Shown here piece by piece: positions 1 through 9,469 of a stretch of 64,000 bases of DNA (position 1 is the first letter of the stretch; each line of letters begins with the position of its first letter). The DNA is taken from assembly GCA_015231405.1 (NCBI GenBank), contig JADGBR010000003.1, forward strand, positions 93,549-157,548, given 5' to 3'. The DNA comes from Candidatus Omnitrophota bacterium. Its GTDB lineage: Bacteria; Omnitrophota; Gorgyraeia; Tantalellales; Tantalellaceae. The notes beneath the pieces are model-generated. The model did not search any database. It was not told the DNA's origin and saw nothing but the letters and a program-made list of their open reading frames with translations. A program made the translations under genes and the position numbers.

Positions 1-2
1 TA

Positions 3-395
3 CGTGAAGTGCTGGGGAATTTCGCGAAAATGAACAAAGAGGATTCCGCTTATGTCTCTTCGGGGATCGCTCAGGCTGTCGAATCATTCCGCGGAGCGTT
101 AACGGGACTCTTTCCCTATAAAGGCCAGATACTCGAGAAGATCTCAGAAAAGGAAGTGCTAATTAACCTCGGGTCAGCTTATGGGATCAGGCCGGGTGAC
201 AGGCTCGTCGTTTATCGCCAGCTTCCGGCGAGGGTAGATCCTAATACCGGGATGGCCATAGACGAGAGGATCCCCGGGGTATTCCTGACCGTTAAAGATG
301 TCACTTCGGGCATATCCTGTACCGCCAAGGGGAAGGCGTCCGATATCCGGGGGCTTGAGATAGGGACGGTGGTTTCGACGGCCGGGGCGCGATAA
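3..395 (+). CDS. 5'-truncated gene; C-terminal FlgT-like beta domain (CsgG/FlgT-type protein)
   Basis: Frame is open to the window edge. VLINLGSAYGIRPGDRLVVYR...DPNTG matches the FlgT C-terminal pattern. Confidence 0.55.
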   Translation, partial: REVLGNFAKMNKEDSAYVSSGIAQAVESFRGALTGLFPYKGQILEKISEKEVLINLGSAYGIRPGDRLVVYRQLPARVDPNTGMAIDERIPGVFLTVKDVTSGISCTAKGKASDIRGLEIGTVVSTAGAR

Positions 396-420
396 GCCCC
401 CGGGAAAGAAAGGGTGAGGC

Positions 421-1326
421 ATGATAAGAACCGAGACGGGTGTTCCCGGCAATAAGGCATATCCTTCCTTCAGGAAAATAACTCTCGAAGACAAACCCTT
501 CATAGAGAAGGCGCTGGCGATCGATCCGCCCGAAATATCAGAGATGACTTTCACCAATATCTATTCCTGGAGAGAACCCGAGAGGACGGAGATCGCTTTT
601 TTTGACGGGGCAGTCATTTTTCGGTCGATGGCGGGCGATATTATCCGCTATTACGCTTCTTCCGGCGATCATGATCCTCGGCTGTTCATGTCGGGTATAC
701 TTGAATATGATCATGGCGTATTTGTCCCGGTTCCGGAAAGGACGGCCGCTATGCTCTCCAAAGACGCGAGGTTCAGCGTCAGGGAAGACCGGGATAATTT
801 CGATTATCTATACAGGATGGAAGACCTCGTCGTTTTGCCCGGGAAAAAGTTTGACGGGAAAAGGAATCTCATAAGGAAATTCAAAACGGCGCACGCGTTC
901 GAGTATCTTCCGGTGGACGGCGGGAACGCCGGAGAGTGCCTGGGGTTCGAGGAGGCATGGTGCGATATTAAGGAATGCGACAAGGATAAGGGCCTTTCGG
1001 AAGAGCGGGTGGCTTTTCAGGAAATGGTAAGGCACTCGACCGCGTTCGGTCTTACGGGCGGGATGATAAAGATCGGAGGGAAAATATCCGCGGTCGCGAT
1101 ATCCGGGAAATTGAACGCGAACACCATGGTTATGTACATATTGAAAGCCGACCCGGGCGTAGCGGGACTCTATCAGACGATGATGAACGAGTTCCTGGCC
1201 AGGAACTCGGGTAGTGCGGAATTCGTGAATCTCGAACAGGACCTCGGGATCGATGGTCTCCGTAAAGCTAAATTGTCTTTCCATCCGGTCAGAATGATAA
1301 AGAAATACGAAGTATCGCTGAAATAA
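421..1326 (+). CDS. DUF2156 / phosphatidylglycerol lysyltransferase C-terminal-domain protein (GNAT-like)
   Basis: Motifs DRDNFDYLY, L.GKKFDGKRN, KAD...GLYQ, NLEQDLGIDGLRKAKLSFHP. Confidence 0.85.
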   Translation: MIRTETGVPGNKAYPSFRKITLEDKPFIEKALAIDPPEISEMTFTNIYSWREPERTEIAFFDGAVIFRSMAGDIIRYYASSGDHDPRLFMSGILEYDHGVFVPVPERTAAMLSKDARFSVREDRDNFDYLYRMEDLVVLPGKKFDGKRNLIRKFKTAHAFEYLPVDGGNAGECLGFEEAWCDIKECDKDKGLSEERVAFQEMVRHSTAFGLTGGMIKIGGKISAVAISGKLNANTMVMYILKADPGVAGLYQTMMNEFLARNSGSAEFVNLEQDLGIDGLRKAKLSFHPVRMIKKYEVSLK

Positions 1327-1366
1327 ATAGGTCAAAGCGCGGCAAATATCAAAACAGGAGGTAAGT

Positions 1367-1792
1367 ATGGGCTCAGCGTTAAAAATCGAGGCACTCGAGT
1401 TCGCGAGGGGCGCTAACGTTTCCGTTCTGGCGACGGGGTCGGGAGCAAAAAGGGTCAATGCCAGGGTTATGCAGATCGTGAAAGTCGATGACGATTTTAC
1501 CGTATGGTATTCCACATACGGCGCTTCGGATAAGATATCTGAGTTAAAGAACGACCCCAGAACATGCGTAATAATGAGCAATTATAAGGTTATGACCGAT
1601 CTCCGGTTCCACGGGACCACCGAGATAATAACCGACCAGAAGACCAAAGACAGGCTTTGGCAGGATGAATGGACCCGTTATTACCCCAAAGGGAAGACCG
1701 ACCCGAATTACACGATACTTAAATTCACCCCGGGTGAGGTAGAGTTCCGGAACATGAATAAGTATGGGATGGAAGCGAAGAAGTTAAAATAG
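1367..1792 (+). CDS. Pyridoxamine 5'-phosphate oxidase-like FMN-binding protein (general stress protein 26 type)
   Basis: RBS AGGAGG. Motifs ARVM, VWYST...KISELKNDP, LW..EW..YYP.G..DP.YTILKF. Confidence 0.8.
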   Translation: MGSALKIEALEFARGANVSVLATGSGAKRVNARVMQIVKVDDDFTVWYSTYGASDKISELKNDPRTCVIMSNYKVMTDLRFHGTTEIITDQKTKDRLWQDEWTRYYPKGKTDPNYTILKFTPGEVEFRNMNKYGMEAKKLK

Positions 1793-1994
1793 AACAGGAT
1801 AAAGAATACACCTGAACGTCCTGATGATGTAACAATTTATGCTGACTTTCATCATGCTAGCGGCGAGGTGTGGACATCTTCTTCACGCCTTCGGCACGAA
1901 GCATGGAACTCTTTGAATGTCAGCAAGGTTCTTGACACTATGAACGTCCTCTTGCGGTGGGCTTAACCCTTGGGCTTGTGGTATACTGTATTGA

Positions 1995-3689
1995 ATGTTT
2001 GGAAAAGAGCTCAAGAGGTTTTTCGTGTTTTCGGTCAAGTATCCGGCGGCCTTCCTTTTAATGGCTTTCCTGATCATTCCGGACAATGTTTTTGCGGCTG
2101 TCCTGAATGATCTCTATCGGCCCATTCTTCCTCAAAAAATGTTCCTGTACTCCGGTAAAACCCGGCTATTGAGCACCGATGAGGACGGGATACACGGGCT
2201 CGACCCTTTCGGGAAGTTCGATTCGCGGCCCTTGACCGTCGATACGACGAACCGTCTATCCGCGTCAATTATGGATAACTGGGAGATCTCTTTTTCAAGC
2301 TCCGAGTATCTGCCTGCGCATTATTCAAGAAAGACATATTCAACCAACAGCTCGCTTAATATCACCCAGGAATACGATCTTGATTCGTTCAGGGATTATT
2401 CCATAGGTTCCAGGGTGAGGGTGAATAACTGTCTTGAATTATTCGGCTCTGTCGGGGCGAGATGGGGCAAGACCAACTGGGACCTTTATTCGTCGACGAC
2501 TACGCGGTTCGCTCACATATTGTCCCGCTATTCTTACGCGGATCTGGGCGCACGTTATCTTTCCGATGGAGGGAATAACGACCCCGGGAAAAACCTTTCT
2601 CTCGTATTCAGGCCGCTATTATGCCCCGGCCAGGTCAACGTGGAGACGGGGATATCCGCCGACAGGGGGACGATAGACCGCGAATATTATTATTACACTA
2701 ACGGCGGTGGCAGTACATTTTATTACGAATTCGACCACAGGCTCAAGCCTTCGTTCAATACTTACGCGCGTATCAGAACGGGCGTCGGCGGCGATATGGA
2801 AATGGGCTCCGGAATAAAGTTCAGGACGCCGCTTATTTATCGCTATACGTACAAGCTGAAAACCGTAAGCACGGGGCTTATGTCATCCGTCTCGGGGGAA
2901 TATTCGCAGTTCAACGATTTTACCGTTCCCCTCGACATGGTCTATCGCAATTCCGAAAGGTTCGAGACGCGCATATCCGCGGATACAAGGGTAACCGTAC
3001 AAAGGCTTAAATATAGGTCCGGAGCGACGACCGGCGTGATAACTGGATATCCCCAAAAAGATCTGACGGCTTTGAGCTCAAACCCGCGCGCGGACTTTTT
3101 TTATTTGCTGGGGGATTGTACGGCGGCGAAGCGCGAGAAGTTCGATCTTATCGCCCGACCGGGCCTTGCTAAGGGCCAGCTCTTGCTCAACGCCGGATCG
3201 GAGATGGACCTGGCAGCGATAATGAGGGATACCGATCATGACACATTGAACCTGATAGACCCCTATAGCGTCTTTTCGGGTCCGCTCGATTATTTTTCCC
3301 CGGGTAACGAGCAGTATGCCTTTTTTCTTGGGAATACTTCTAATTACGCGGCTAATGTGCTCCCTCAAAATTATTGGAAATATTATTTCGGCGGAAGATA
3401 CGGGTTGTCTAAGGGAGAGGAAATAAGAGTTAATATGGGTTTTTCGTCGCCTAGCTCCCTTGAACATTACACGCTGAACGATCTCAAGAAACGGTGGTAT
3501 AGATTTTGCCCGGGATATTTCTATGAGTTTGGTTATGATATGCGCCTCTCGGACAGGGCGTCATTCTCGGTCAGGTCAAGATATGTCCCTGAATACGCGA
3601 CATTTTTGATCATTGAAGGGGATCAAAGACAGTATTCATCATTGACGGAATATTTGGATGTCGCCCTATCACTGGATATCCAGTTCTAG
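1995..3689 (+). CDS. Putative outer-membrane beta-barrel protein of unknown function
   Basis: N-terminal signal peptide ending VFA, Tyr/Gly/Ser-rich amphipathic strands, and C-terminal Phe (LSLDIQF). TGgTATACT -10-like element just upstream. Confidence 0.6.
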   Translation: MFGKELKRFFVFSVKYPAAFLLMAFLIIPDNVFAAVLNDLYRPILPQKMFLYSGKTRLLSTDEDGIHGLDPFGKFDSRPLTVDTTNRLSASIMDNWEISFSSSEYLPAHYSRKTYSTNSSLNITQEYDLDSFRDYSIGSRVRVNNCLELFGSVGARWGKTNWDLYSSTTTRFAHILSRYSYADLGARYLSDGGNNDPGKNLSLVFRPLLCPGQVNVETGISADRGTIDREYYYYTNGGGSTFYYEFDHRLKPSFNTYARIRTGVGGDMEMGSGIKFRTPLIYRYTYKLKTVSTGLMSSVSGEYSQFNDFTVPLDMVYRNSERFETRISADTRVTVQRLKYRSGATTGVITGYPQKDLTALSSNPRADFFYLLGDCTAAKREKFDLIARPGLAKGQLLLNAGSEMDLAAIMRDTDHDTLNLIDPYSVFSGPLDYFSPGNEQYAFFLGNTSNYAANVLPQNYWKYYFGGRYGLSKGEEIRVNMGFSSPSSLEHYTLNDLKKRWYRFCPGYFYEFGYDMRLSDRASFSVRSRYVPEYATFLIIEGDQRQYSSLTEYLDVALSLDIQF

Positions 3690-3705
3690 ATAGAACTGGA
3701 TATCC
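3674..3705. terminator. Perfect 15-bp inverted repeat between convergent genes; possible bidirectional terminator
   Basis: GGATATCCAGTTCTA-GA-TAGAACTGGATATCC spans the stop of 1995..3689 and lies 16 bp from the stop of the opposing gene. No U-tract. Confidence 0.4.
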
Positions 3706-3721
3706 GGATATAAAGTGGATA

Positions 3722-4372
3722 TTAAAAAGGCGACGGTTCTGGTTGTGGTTCAGGATCAGGCTGTGGTGTTGGAGTTGGAGTCGGCTCAGGATCGGGAACC
3801 GGAGTCGGATCGGGAACCGGAGTCGGATCGGGAACCGGAGTCGGATCGGGAGCCGGAGTCGGATCGGGAGCCGGAGTCGGATCGGGAGCCGGAGTCGGAT
3901 CGGGAGCCGGAGTCGGGTCAGGACCCGGAGAGTTATCTCTCATGACTCTTCCTCTATTTCCGGTAGTTTCCTTTCTGTCCGAGTCCTTATCGTGTCCATA
4001 CGGGGCGATCATCGCAACCTTTCCCATATTTCCTTGCTCACGCTTATCTCGAGGATGAAAACCCCAGTTAGATCTCATTTCTCGCATTTCTTTTACTTCG
4101 CCTCTTTCACTTCGATCAATATGTGACATTTCCTTACGATCTTGCACTATTTCTTTGCGTATTTCTTTGCGTATTTCTTTGTTTTCCCTGATACTTTCTC
4201 TGATCTCTTTCATCTCAGAACCTTTTCCATGATCCTCGTCATTACGCCCGTTATTTTCTTTAAGATCATTTTTATCATTCTTATCCTCTTTATCATTTTT
4301 CGCCAGACAAAACGAAATACTAAAAGAACATAAAAACCACCCCGCTAACATTATAATTAAAATCTTTTTCAT
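3722..4372 (-). CDS. Secreted low-complexity protein with charged N-half and (PDPTP[A/V])n tail
   Basis: Signal peptide MKKILIIMLAGWFLCSFSISFCLA, RBS GAGGTG on the minus strand, K/E/D-rich body and Pro-rich tail. Confidence 0.7.
   Translation of the reverse strand: MKKILIIMLAGWFLCSFSISFCLAKNDKEDKNDKNDLKENNGRNDEDHGKGSEMKEIRESIRENKEIRKEIRKEIVQDRKEMSHIDRSERGEVKEMREMRSNWGFHPRDKREQGNMGKVAMIAPYGHDKDSDRKETTGNRGRVMRDNSPGPDPTPAPDPTPAPDPTPAPDPTPAPDPTPVPDPTPVPDPTPVPDPEPTPTPTPQPDPEPQPEPSPF
3789..3914. repeat. 18-bp coding tandem repeat x7
   Basis: GGATCGGGAACCGGAGTC x3 then GGATCGGGAGCCGGAGTC x4. Confidence 0.97.
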
Positions 4373-4647
4373 AGCTCACCTCTCAAGTTATACTAAGATA
4401 AAGTAAGAAATAACATAAAAACAATACTATCTAAATCTTTATACCTAACATTAAGTATACACTATTAGGAGGGTATATGCAACTTTCGAAAAAAAACCAT
4501 ACAGGTCCGATGAAAGTTTTCGATCGGTTTAATTTTCCTAAAGCCTAAGTCAGGACTGCCGAACTCGTCGAAAAAATTAACGCTGCCTGGATGGCGTTAA
4601 AAAAAACATAAGTTAAGATTATTAAAAGTAAATATTCTAGCGTGGTA

Positions 4648-4656
4648 TGTTATAAT
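4648..4656 (+). promoter_or_regulatory. Extended -10 promoter element for the tandem-MutS gene
   Basis: TGtTATAAT in an AT-rich divergent intergenic region, 15 bp before ATG 4672. Confidence 0.55.
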
Positions 4657-4671
4657 GTTGGCCTTATTATC

Positions 4672-7600
4672 ATGGAAAAATTATTTAGATATATTTCTTG
4701 GGTTGTGGTCCTAGCGTTTGTCTGTAGGTTAACTTCGCCCGAAGTAACATTTGCCGGAACGGATACTGCCTGCGAAATCGCGCTTAGTCCACCTTCGCGG
4801 TTAAAACCTCCCTGTGAAATAGTATGGACAGTTGGGCAGAAAGGGGGATATGAGTACGACATTGTTACCAACGATCATCCTGATATGGAAAAAGCATGGC
4901 GGGATGTGGAGAAAAATGAGGTTAAAAAGCTGGATGGAAAACTGAACGGGGAAGACACGATAATTGAAATGCTAGGAGGGCGGGTACCAGGAGGGGCCTT
5001 TAGGAACAGGTTCGCTCTGGCGGATATCGGCTGTCTTATGGCGCAGATGATCGCGATAACGAACGAACATAAGATCGAAGATCCGGCAAAGATACTTATC
5101 CCTTTAACGCTTAAACATCTTGGACGTAAGAACGGTTTAGAGGAAGTTCTTCTCGAAGGGTTTAATATCGGCGGGATAGAGGCTGTAAGGGAAGGCGGCG
5201 CGGTAACGAAATTCAGGATGCCTGTCATGAGAAATAACATTCCGGTATGGTGGCTTTGTTTTGAGCCTGCCACTATAAAAGACCCTCCCGAAGTTCCGGA
5301 TCTCGGTGTAAATATTACGACAGAGCCGTTCGGCGAGGCCGAAGACAACAAGGCCAGGGAACCGCTAAAAACCCAACCTTATCAGGACTTCATGCGCCAG
5401 GGGAACGGAGGCGTAATGCCTCTGGGGGATGATCCATTATCCGCGAATACGTCGCGAGATCTGCATCTTAAACGGCTCTGGGATCCGGAGGGTAATTCCG
5501 GCGGTAAAGAGCTGGATAACCTGGATAAGTATTTCAGCAGGGTGCCGCGTTCCTATAAGAACATACCCGACCTCGGCTCGGGCCTCCTGTCAAAGAGACT
5601 GGCCCATCCTTTGAGGGATAAACGGATGATAGAACGCTCGCAAGAGGGGATAAGGGCGATAGCGGATATGCCCGGAGAGGACCGGGAAGATCTATACAAA
5701 CATTTGGACCTCTTCTACAAGTATTTTGACGATTTCACTTATTCCTGGTTCCATAGTGATGGCGGCCGAAATCGTGATCAATACAGGAAAAGTTTGTTTT
5801 TTCTCTCTAAAATAGCGGATGAGCTCGAAGCTGTCCGCGGAATACTCAACGCCAAAGGCCGGAAGGGTAAATTTGTCCTTCCCGAAAAGATCGAGAAACT
5901 GCTTAAAGATAAGAACTTTTCGAAGGTGCGCGAATATTTCGCGAATTATCCGCTTGGAGAGGATGATATGCCGGGTCGCGATCTCGACTGGTTACATGAA
6001 TCGGCAAGGGCTTTAAGGGAAGGCTGGGGCCGCACCGATCATGAACGATACTTTTGGAGGGGGATCCCGCTGACACCGTTCTGGCAAGGCATAACAGGTT
6101 ATGATGAAAGGGACCGTAAAGGGGAATTTACTCCCGCTGTTATGAGGCGAATAGAAGAGTTCGAAAAGCTTGAAGAGGCTTTGAAAAAAGAGCCCAATGA
6201 ACGGATAGGGAATTTGCCGCGGCGTATCACGGAAAATATGAACGAGCTCCTTTTCGCGCTGGGCGGAGCGAATATGATCGAGGAAGGCCATTATTCAATT
6301 CCGGAAGGGACCGACGGGTCGGGCATCATACATCTTGAAAAGGCATGGAACCCGGTTGCCGGAACTTATGATCGTACCGATAAACTGGATATAGATCTCG
6401 GTGCGGATTCAAATTTTCTGGGTCTTACGGGTCCGAATGAGGTCGGTAAAAGCACTGCTATTGAGATGACGGCGCTATGCGTCCTGTATTACCAGATGGG
6501 GCTCCCTATACCGGCTCAGGCGGGGAAGATAGGGATATTCAGGAATATTTATACTGCCGTTCCAGGTTATGAAACACTTGAACCCGGGGAAAGCCAGCAT
6601 ACCGGCCTCATTAAGAGACTGACGGAGATAATAAAGATCGCCGGGCCCCGCGACCTGGTGCTTATAGACGAGGCCCATATGGGGTCGGACTATAAGGACC
6701 TTACGGCCTTAACGACCGTTCTCATGGAGGACCTAGTAGCTACCGGCGCGACGGTGCTCTACGCGACCCATCTCAAGAGCGCTATGCGAAGGATAGCCCA
6801 AAGCGATCCGCGGATAAATCCTAAACAGATCGTTCTAGTCGACGACGAGGACGGCATAGCGCATCGCGTCATGCTGCCGGGTATAGCGGAAAGGAGTTTA
6901 TCAATAAGAACGCTCGAATCGCTGGATTATCCTCCCGAAGTATTGAAGTGGACGGAGGAATATTATGACGCTATTTTGAGCGGTACTCCCGTTCCCGGAA
7001 CTGCCGAACGTCCGGTTATAACCAAGCGTAAACAAAAGCCCGTCCGCAAAAAAGAGGATGATAGAGGCGAAGCCATAGCCATGGAAGCCGCGAAGGCGTT
7101 GTTCCCCCAGAAGAATTTTTATTATGAGCTCGAGCTGGTCGCGTACCGGTTCGCCAGGGAAGATATCATTAAGTGGGATTCCGTCCCCGGAGCTATTGAC
7201 CTCAAAAAAGCCTTGTTCAAAAGGCCTGTTATCAGGAAATACGAGCCCGAAAAATTCGATGACATCGCCGTTTGCGTAGCGGCCCTTGATAGGATGAATA
7301 ACAGCGTGGTGAATAACTTAAAACGCAAAGCGGCTATGCTCAAAAAGATCCGAAAAGAAGGGCTGATGGATCATACTAAACCTGATGACATGAAAAGCAT
7401 GGTCGAGTTCCTTCATAAAAGTGTTGAACGTTTTAAAGGTTTCGACTTTGCCGATAGTTTTAAGGTATACGGCTGGGTAGAAGACCCTGAAACCGGAAGA
7501 AGAATGGACAGGGTGCCGGTCAACACGCCCAGAGAGATCAGAAAACACTATAGACAAAGCGTGAGACAACTGAAACACGAGTACGATACCCTCATGGGAT

Positions 7601-9012
7601 CTTTTTCCCTCCCGGAATTACGTAGGCTGGATTATCTGTCGGGTATAGCCGAGTCGATGCGCGAGAACGACCTTCATTTCGTTGAGCATTTAGGGGAAGG
7701 AGAGACTTTCAGCGTCAAGAACGCCCGTTCACCCTTTATCCCCAGGGATAAAGTCGTCGCTTTAGACTTAGAAGGGGATAGCGCTCACCCTGAGTTCATA
7801 ATAACCGGTCCGAATAAGAGCGGGAAGACGATGTCTATAAGGACTTTGGAGTCACTGGTGTATTTGGCCCGGTTGGATCTCCCGGTGCCGGCCCTGATGA
7901 GAATACCAAAATATGATAAGATGCTTACGTTTTTCGGAGGCAAAGAGGATATGGCCGGAGGCGATTCGTATTTCAGGGACGTCGCGGAGCGGCTTAACTC
8001 TATCCTGAACCAGGCGACATCGGGTTCGCTCGTCATAATGGATGAGTTGCATGGCAGCGACTACTGGGAACTTTCGGCGCTGCAGGCCGCGGTCATAAAA
8101 TATCTGGACGCCATAGGCGCTACCGTGATCCTTGTAACTCATATGCGTGAGGGTCTCGGGATGGCGCGCGAGATAAAGTCAGTGAAGTTCCTTAAGACCG
8201 GTGTCAGGCAGATCTCCGACGGAAGCCTCAAATACGATTATTCGATATCGGAAGATCCTTATCTCGAAGCTAAAAGTTTCGGAGTGGAAAGCGTTAAAGG
8301 TCTTTTAACGGCGAAACAATACAACCGGGTGCTTTCGATAAGGGCGTCAATGGAAAGGGAGGAGGGGAAAAAGGCCCCCGCCGGACCCGCGAGCGGACGG
8401 AATAACCCCGATGAATTCGTCCGTTCCGAAAGCGCGCGCGCGGCGGATCTGAGGGACGCGCTGAACTATGTCATAGGGAAGGAAATGGCCGAGACTTCGG
8501 GTATCGTAGCTCTCGGCACGGGCTGGATAAAGGGGTACGGTAAAGGGCTCTTACAGCATGATGGCCTGAACCCGCTTATTACGTCCTTGAAGGGTTTTTG
8601 CGAGGACCGGATGATACCTTTTGTCGTCGGAGAGGACGACGAACTGCCGGCACTGATAGAGGCGGAAAAAGAGCGCCGTGGAATGCCGGAAAACGCTAAG
8701 GGTATCATTCTCGCGGGCGTGAGCCGTGATGGTGACATGTCGGTCGCGGTCAGAGAACTTCTCGGAAATAAGGATCACACCGTAGTAGGGATCGACGGAC
8801 GCGAATTAACGACCGATAGTTACATAAGGATCCTGGAGATGCTCACAATAGCTCTTAATATTTCCATAGGGATAAAACCATCATTAGACAATGCCAGCAT
8901 GGACATTTTCCCGCCCGATGAGAACCACCCAATATACATCCTCACCCCCCACGCCCTGCCTATGAATTATTTCGAGTTAAAAGCCGTTTACGAAGCCCAG
9001 AAATTCGCGTGA
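4672..9012 (+). CDS. Large protein with hydrophobic signal-like N-terminus and two tandem MutS-family (domain III/V) ATPase cassettes
   Basis: Walker A GPNEVGKS (6430) and GPNKSGKT (7807); Walker B LIDE (6661) and IMDE (8035); H-loops ATH and VTH; domain III-like G..LL..RLAHPL.D...I. Start moved to ATG 4672 because the GTG at 4642 lies upstream of the -10 box. Confidence 0.8.
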   Translation: MEKLFRYISWVVVLAFVCRLTSPEVTFAGTDTACEIALSPPSRLKPPCEIVWTVGQKGGYEYDIVTNDHPDMEKAWRDVEKNEVKKLDGKLNGEDTIIEMLGGRVPGGAFRNRFALADIGCLMAQMIAITNEHKIEDPAKILIPLTLKHLGRKNGLEEVLLEGFNIGGIEAVREGGAVTKFRMPVMRNNIPVWWLCFEPATIKDPPEVPDLGVNITTEPFGEAEDNKAREPLKTQPYQDFMRQGNGGVMPLGDDPLSANTSRDLHLKRLWDPEGNSGGKELDNLDKYFSRVPRSYKNIPDLGSGLLSKRLAHPLRDKRMIERSQEGIRAIADMPGEDREDLYKHLDLFYKYFDDFTYSWFHSDGGRNRDQYRKSLFFLSKIADELEAVRGILNAKGRKGKFVLPEKIEKLLKDKNFSKVREYFANYPLGEDDMPGRDLDWLHESARALREGWGRTDHERYFWRGIPLTPFWQGITGYDERDRKGEFTPAVMRRIEEFEKLEEALKKEPNERIGNLPRRITENMNELLFALGGANMIEEGHYSIPEGTDGSGIIHLEKAWNPVAGTYDRTDKLDIDLGADSNFLGLTGPNEVGKSTAIEMTALCVLYYQMGLPIPAQAGKIGIFRNIYTAVPGYETLEPGESQHTGLIKRLTEIIKIAGPRDLVLIDEAHMGSDYKDLTALTTVLMEDLVATGATVLYATHLKSAMRRIAQSDPRINPKQIVLVDDEDGIAHRVMLPGIAERSLSIRTLESLDYPPEVLKWTEEYYDAILSGTPVPGTAERPVITKRKQKPVRKKEDDRGEAIAMEAAKALFPQKNFYYELELVAYRFAREDIIKWDSVPGAIDLKKALFKRPVIRKYEPEKFDDIAVCVAALDRMNNSVVNNLKRKAAMLKKIRKEGLMDHTKPDDMKSMVEFLHKSVERFKGFDFADSFKVYGWVEDPETGRRMDRVPVNTPREIRKHYRQSVRQLKHEYDTLMGSFSLPELRRLDYLSGIAESMRENDLHFVEHLGEGETFSVKNARSPFIPRDKVVALDLEGDSAHPEFIITGPNKSGKTMSIRTLESLVYLARLDLPVPALMRIPKYDKMLTFFGGKEDMAGGDSYFRDVAERLNSILNQATSGSLVIMDELHGSDYWELSALQAAVIKYLDAIGATVILVTHMREGLGMAREIKSVKFLKTGVRQISDGSLKYDYSISEDPYLEAKSFGVESVKGLLTAKQYNRVLSIRASMEREEGKKAPAGPASGRNNPDEFVRSESARAADLRDALNYVIGKEMAETSGIVALGTGWIKGYGKGLLQHDGLNPLITSLKGFCEDRMIPFVVGEDDELPALIEAEKERRGMPENAKGIILAGVSRDGDMSVAVRELLGNKDHTVVGIDGRELTTDSYIRILEMLTIALNISIGIKPSLDNASMDIFPPDENHPIYILTPHALPMNYFELKAVYEAQKFA

Positions 9013-9109
9013 TCGAAGTCAGCGTAAAAGGTCGCACTATCGTTCGCGGAACATCCTGTCGTCTGGCCTGAGGTTGTAGTATAATGCTCGGAACAAAAAA
9101 GGAGGGGTC

Positions 9110-9388
9110 ATGGTCAAGGCTGCGGCGAGGCATATTCTGGTGGAGACTAAGAAACAGGCGGAGGATATAAAGTCGAAGATCGCGAAGGGTGAGGATTTCG
9201 GAGAGATGGCAAAAAAATTTTCTCAGTGCCCTTCGGGTAAACAGGGCGGGAAACTCGGCGAGTTCACTCCGGGCCAAATGGTAAAAGAATTCGATCTGGT
9301 TGTTTTCTCCGCCGAAGTTGGAAAGGTCCACGGCCCGGTCCAGACCGAGTTCGGGTATCATCTCATAGAGATCACCAGAAGGGGATAA
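9110..9388 (+). CDS. ppiC: Parvulin-type peptidyl-prolyl cis-trans isomerase
   Basis: ARHILV, FS.CPSG..GG.LGEF..GQMV.EFD, GPV.TEFGYHLI; RBS GGAGG. Confidence 0.95.
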   Translation: MVKAAARHILVETKKQAEDIKSKIAKGEDFGEMAKKFSQCPSGKQGGKLGEFTPGQMVKEFDLVVFSAEVGKVHGPVQTEFGYHLIEITRRG

Positions 9389-9469
9389 TAATGCCCTCAT
9401 ATTTACCGAAAATATAAAAGGATCGGGCAGGATCAGTTTGATCCGGGAGAGAAGGCCCGAAGGCAGAAC

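Noticed and set aside
1793-1990. Duplicated TGAACGTCCT (1813, 1941) and a weak hairpin in the intergenic region
   Set aside because: Too short to distinguish from chance; no recognisable RNA family.
3715-4126. + strand ORFs with (SDREPE)n or (SRIGSR)n repeats
   Set aside because: Alternative frames of the 18-bp repeat; the minus-strand ORF has the signal peptide and RBS.
4480-4600. Possible c-di-GMP-I riboswitch (CCTAAG...GACTGCCG)
   Set aside because: The P1 GCAAA/GNRA/GACGCAAA elements could not be found.
4672-9012. Calling the gene mutS or mutS2
   Set aside because: No mismatch-recognition or Smr domain, a duplicated ATPase and a signal-like leader, so no gene symbol was assigned.
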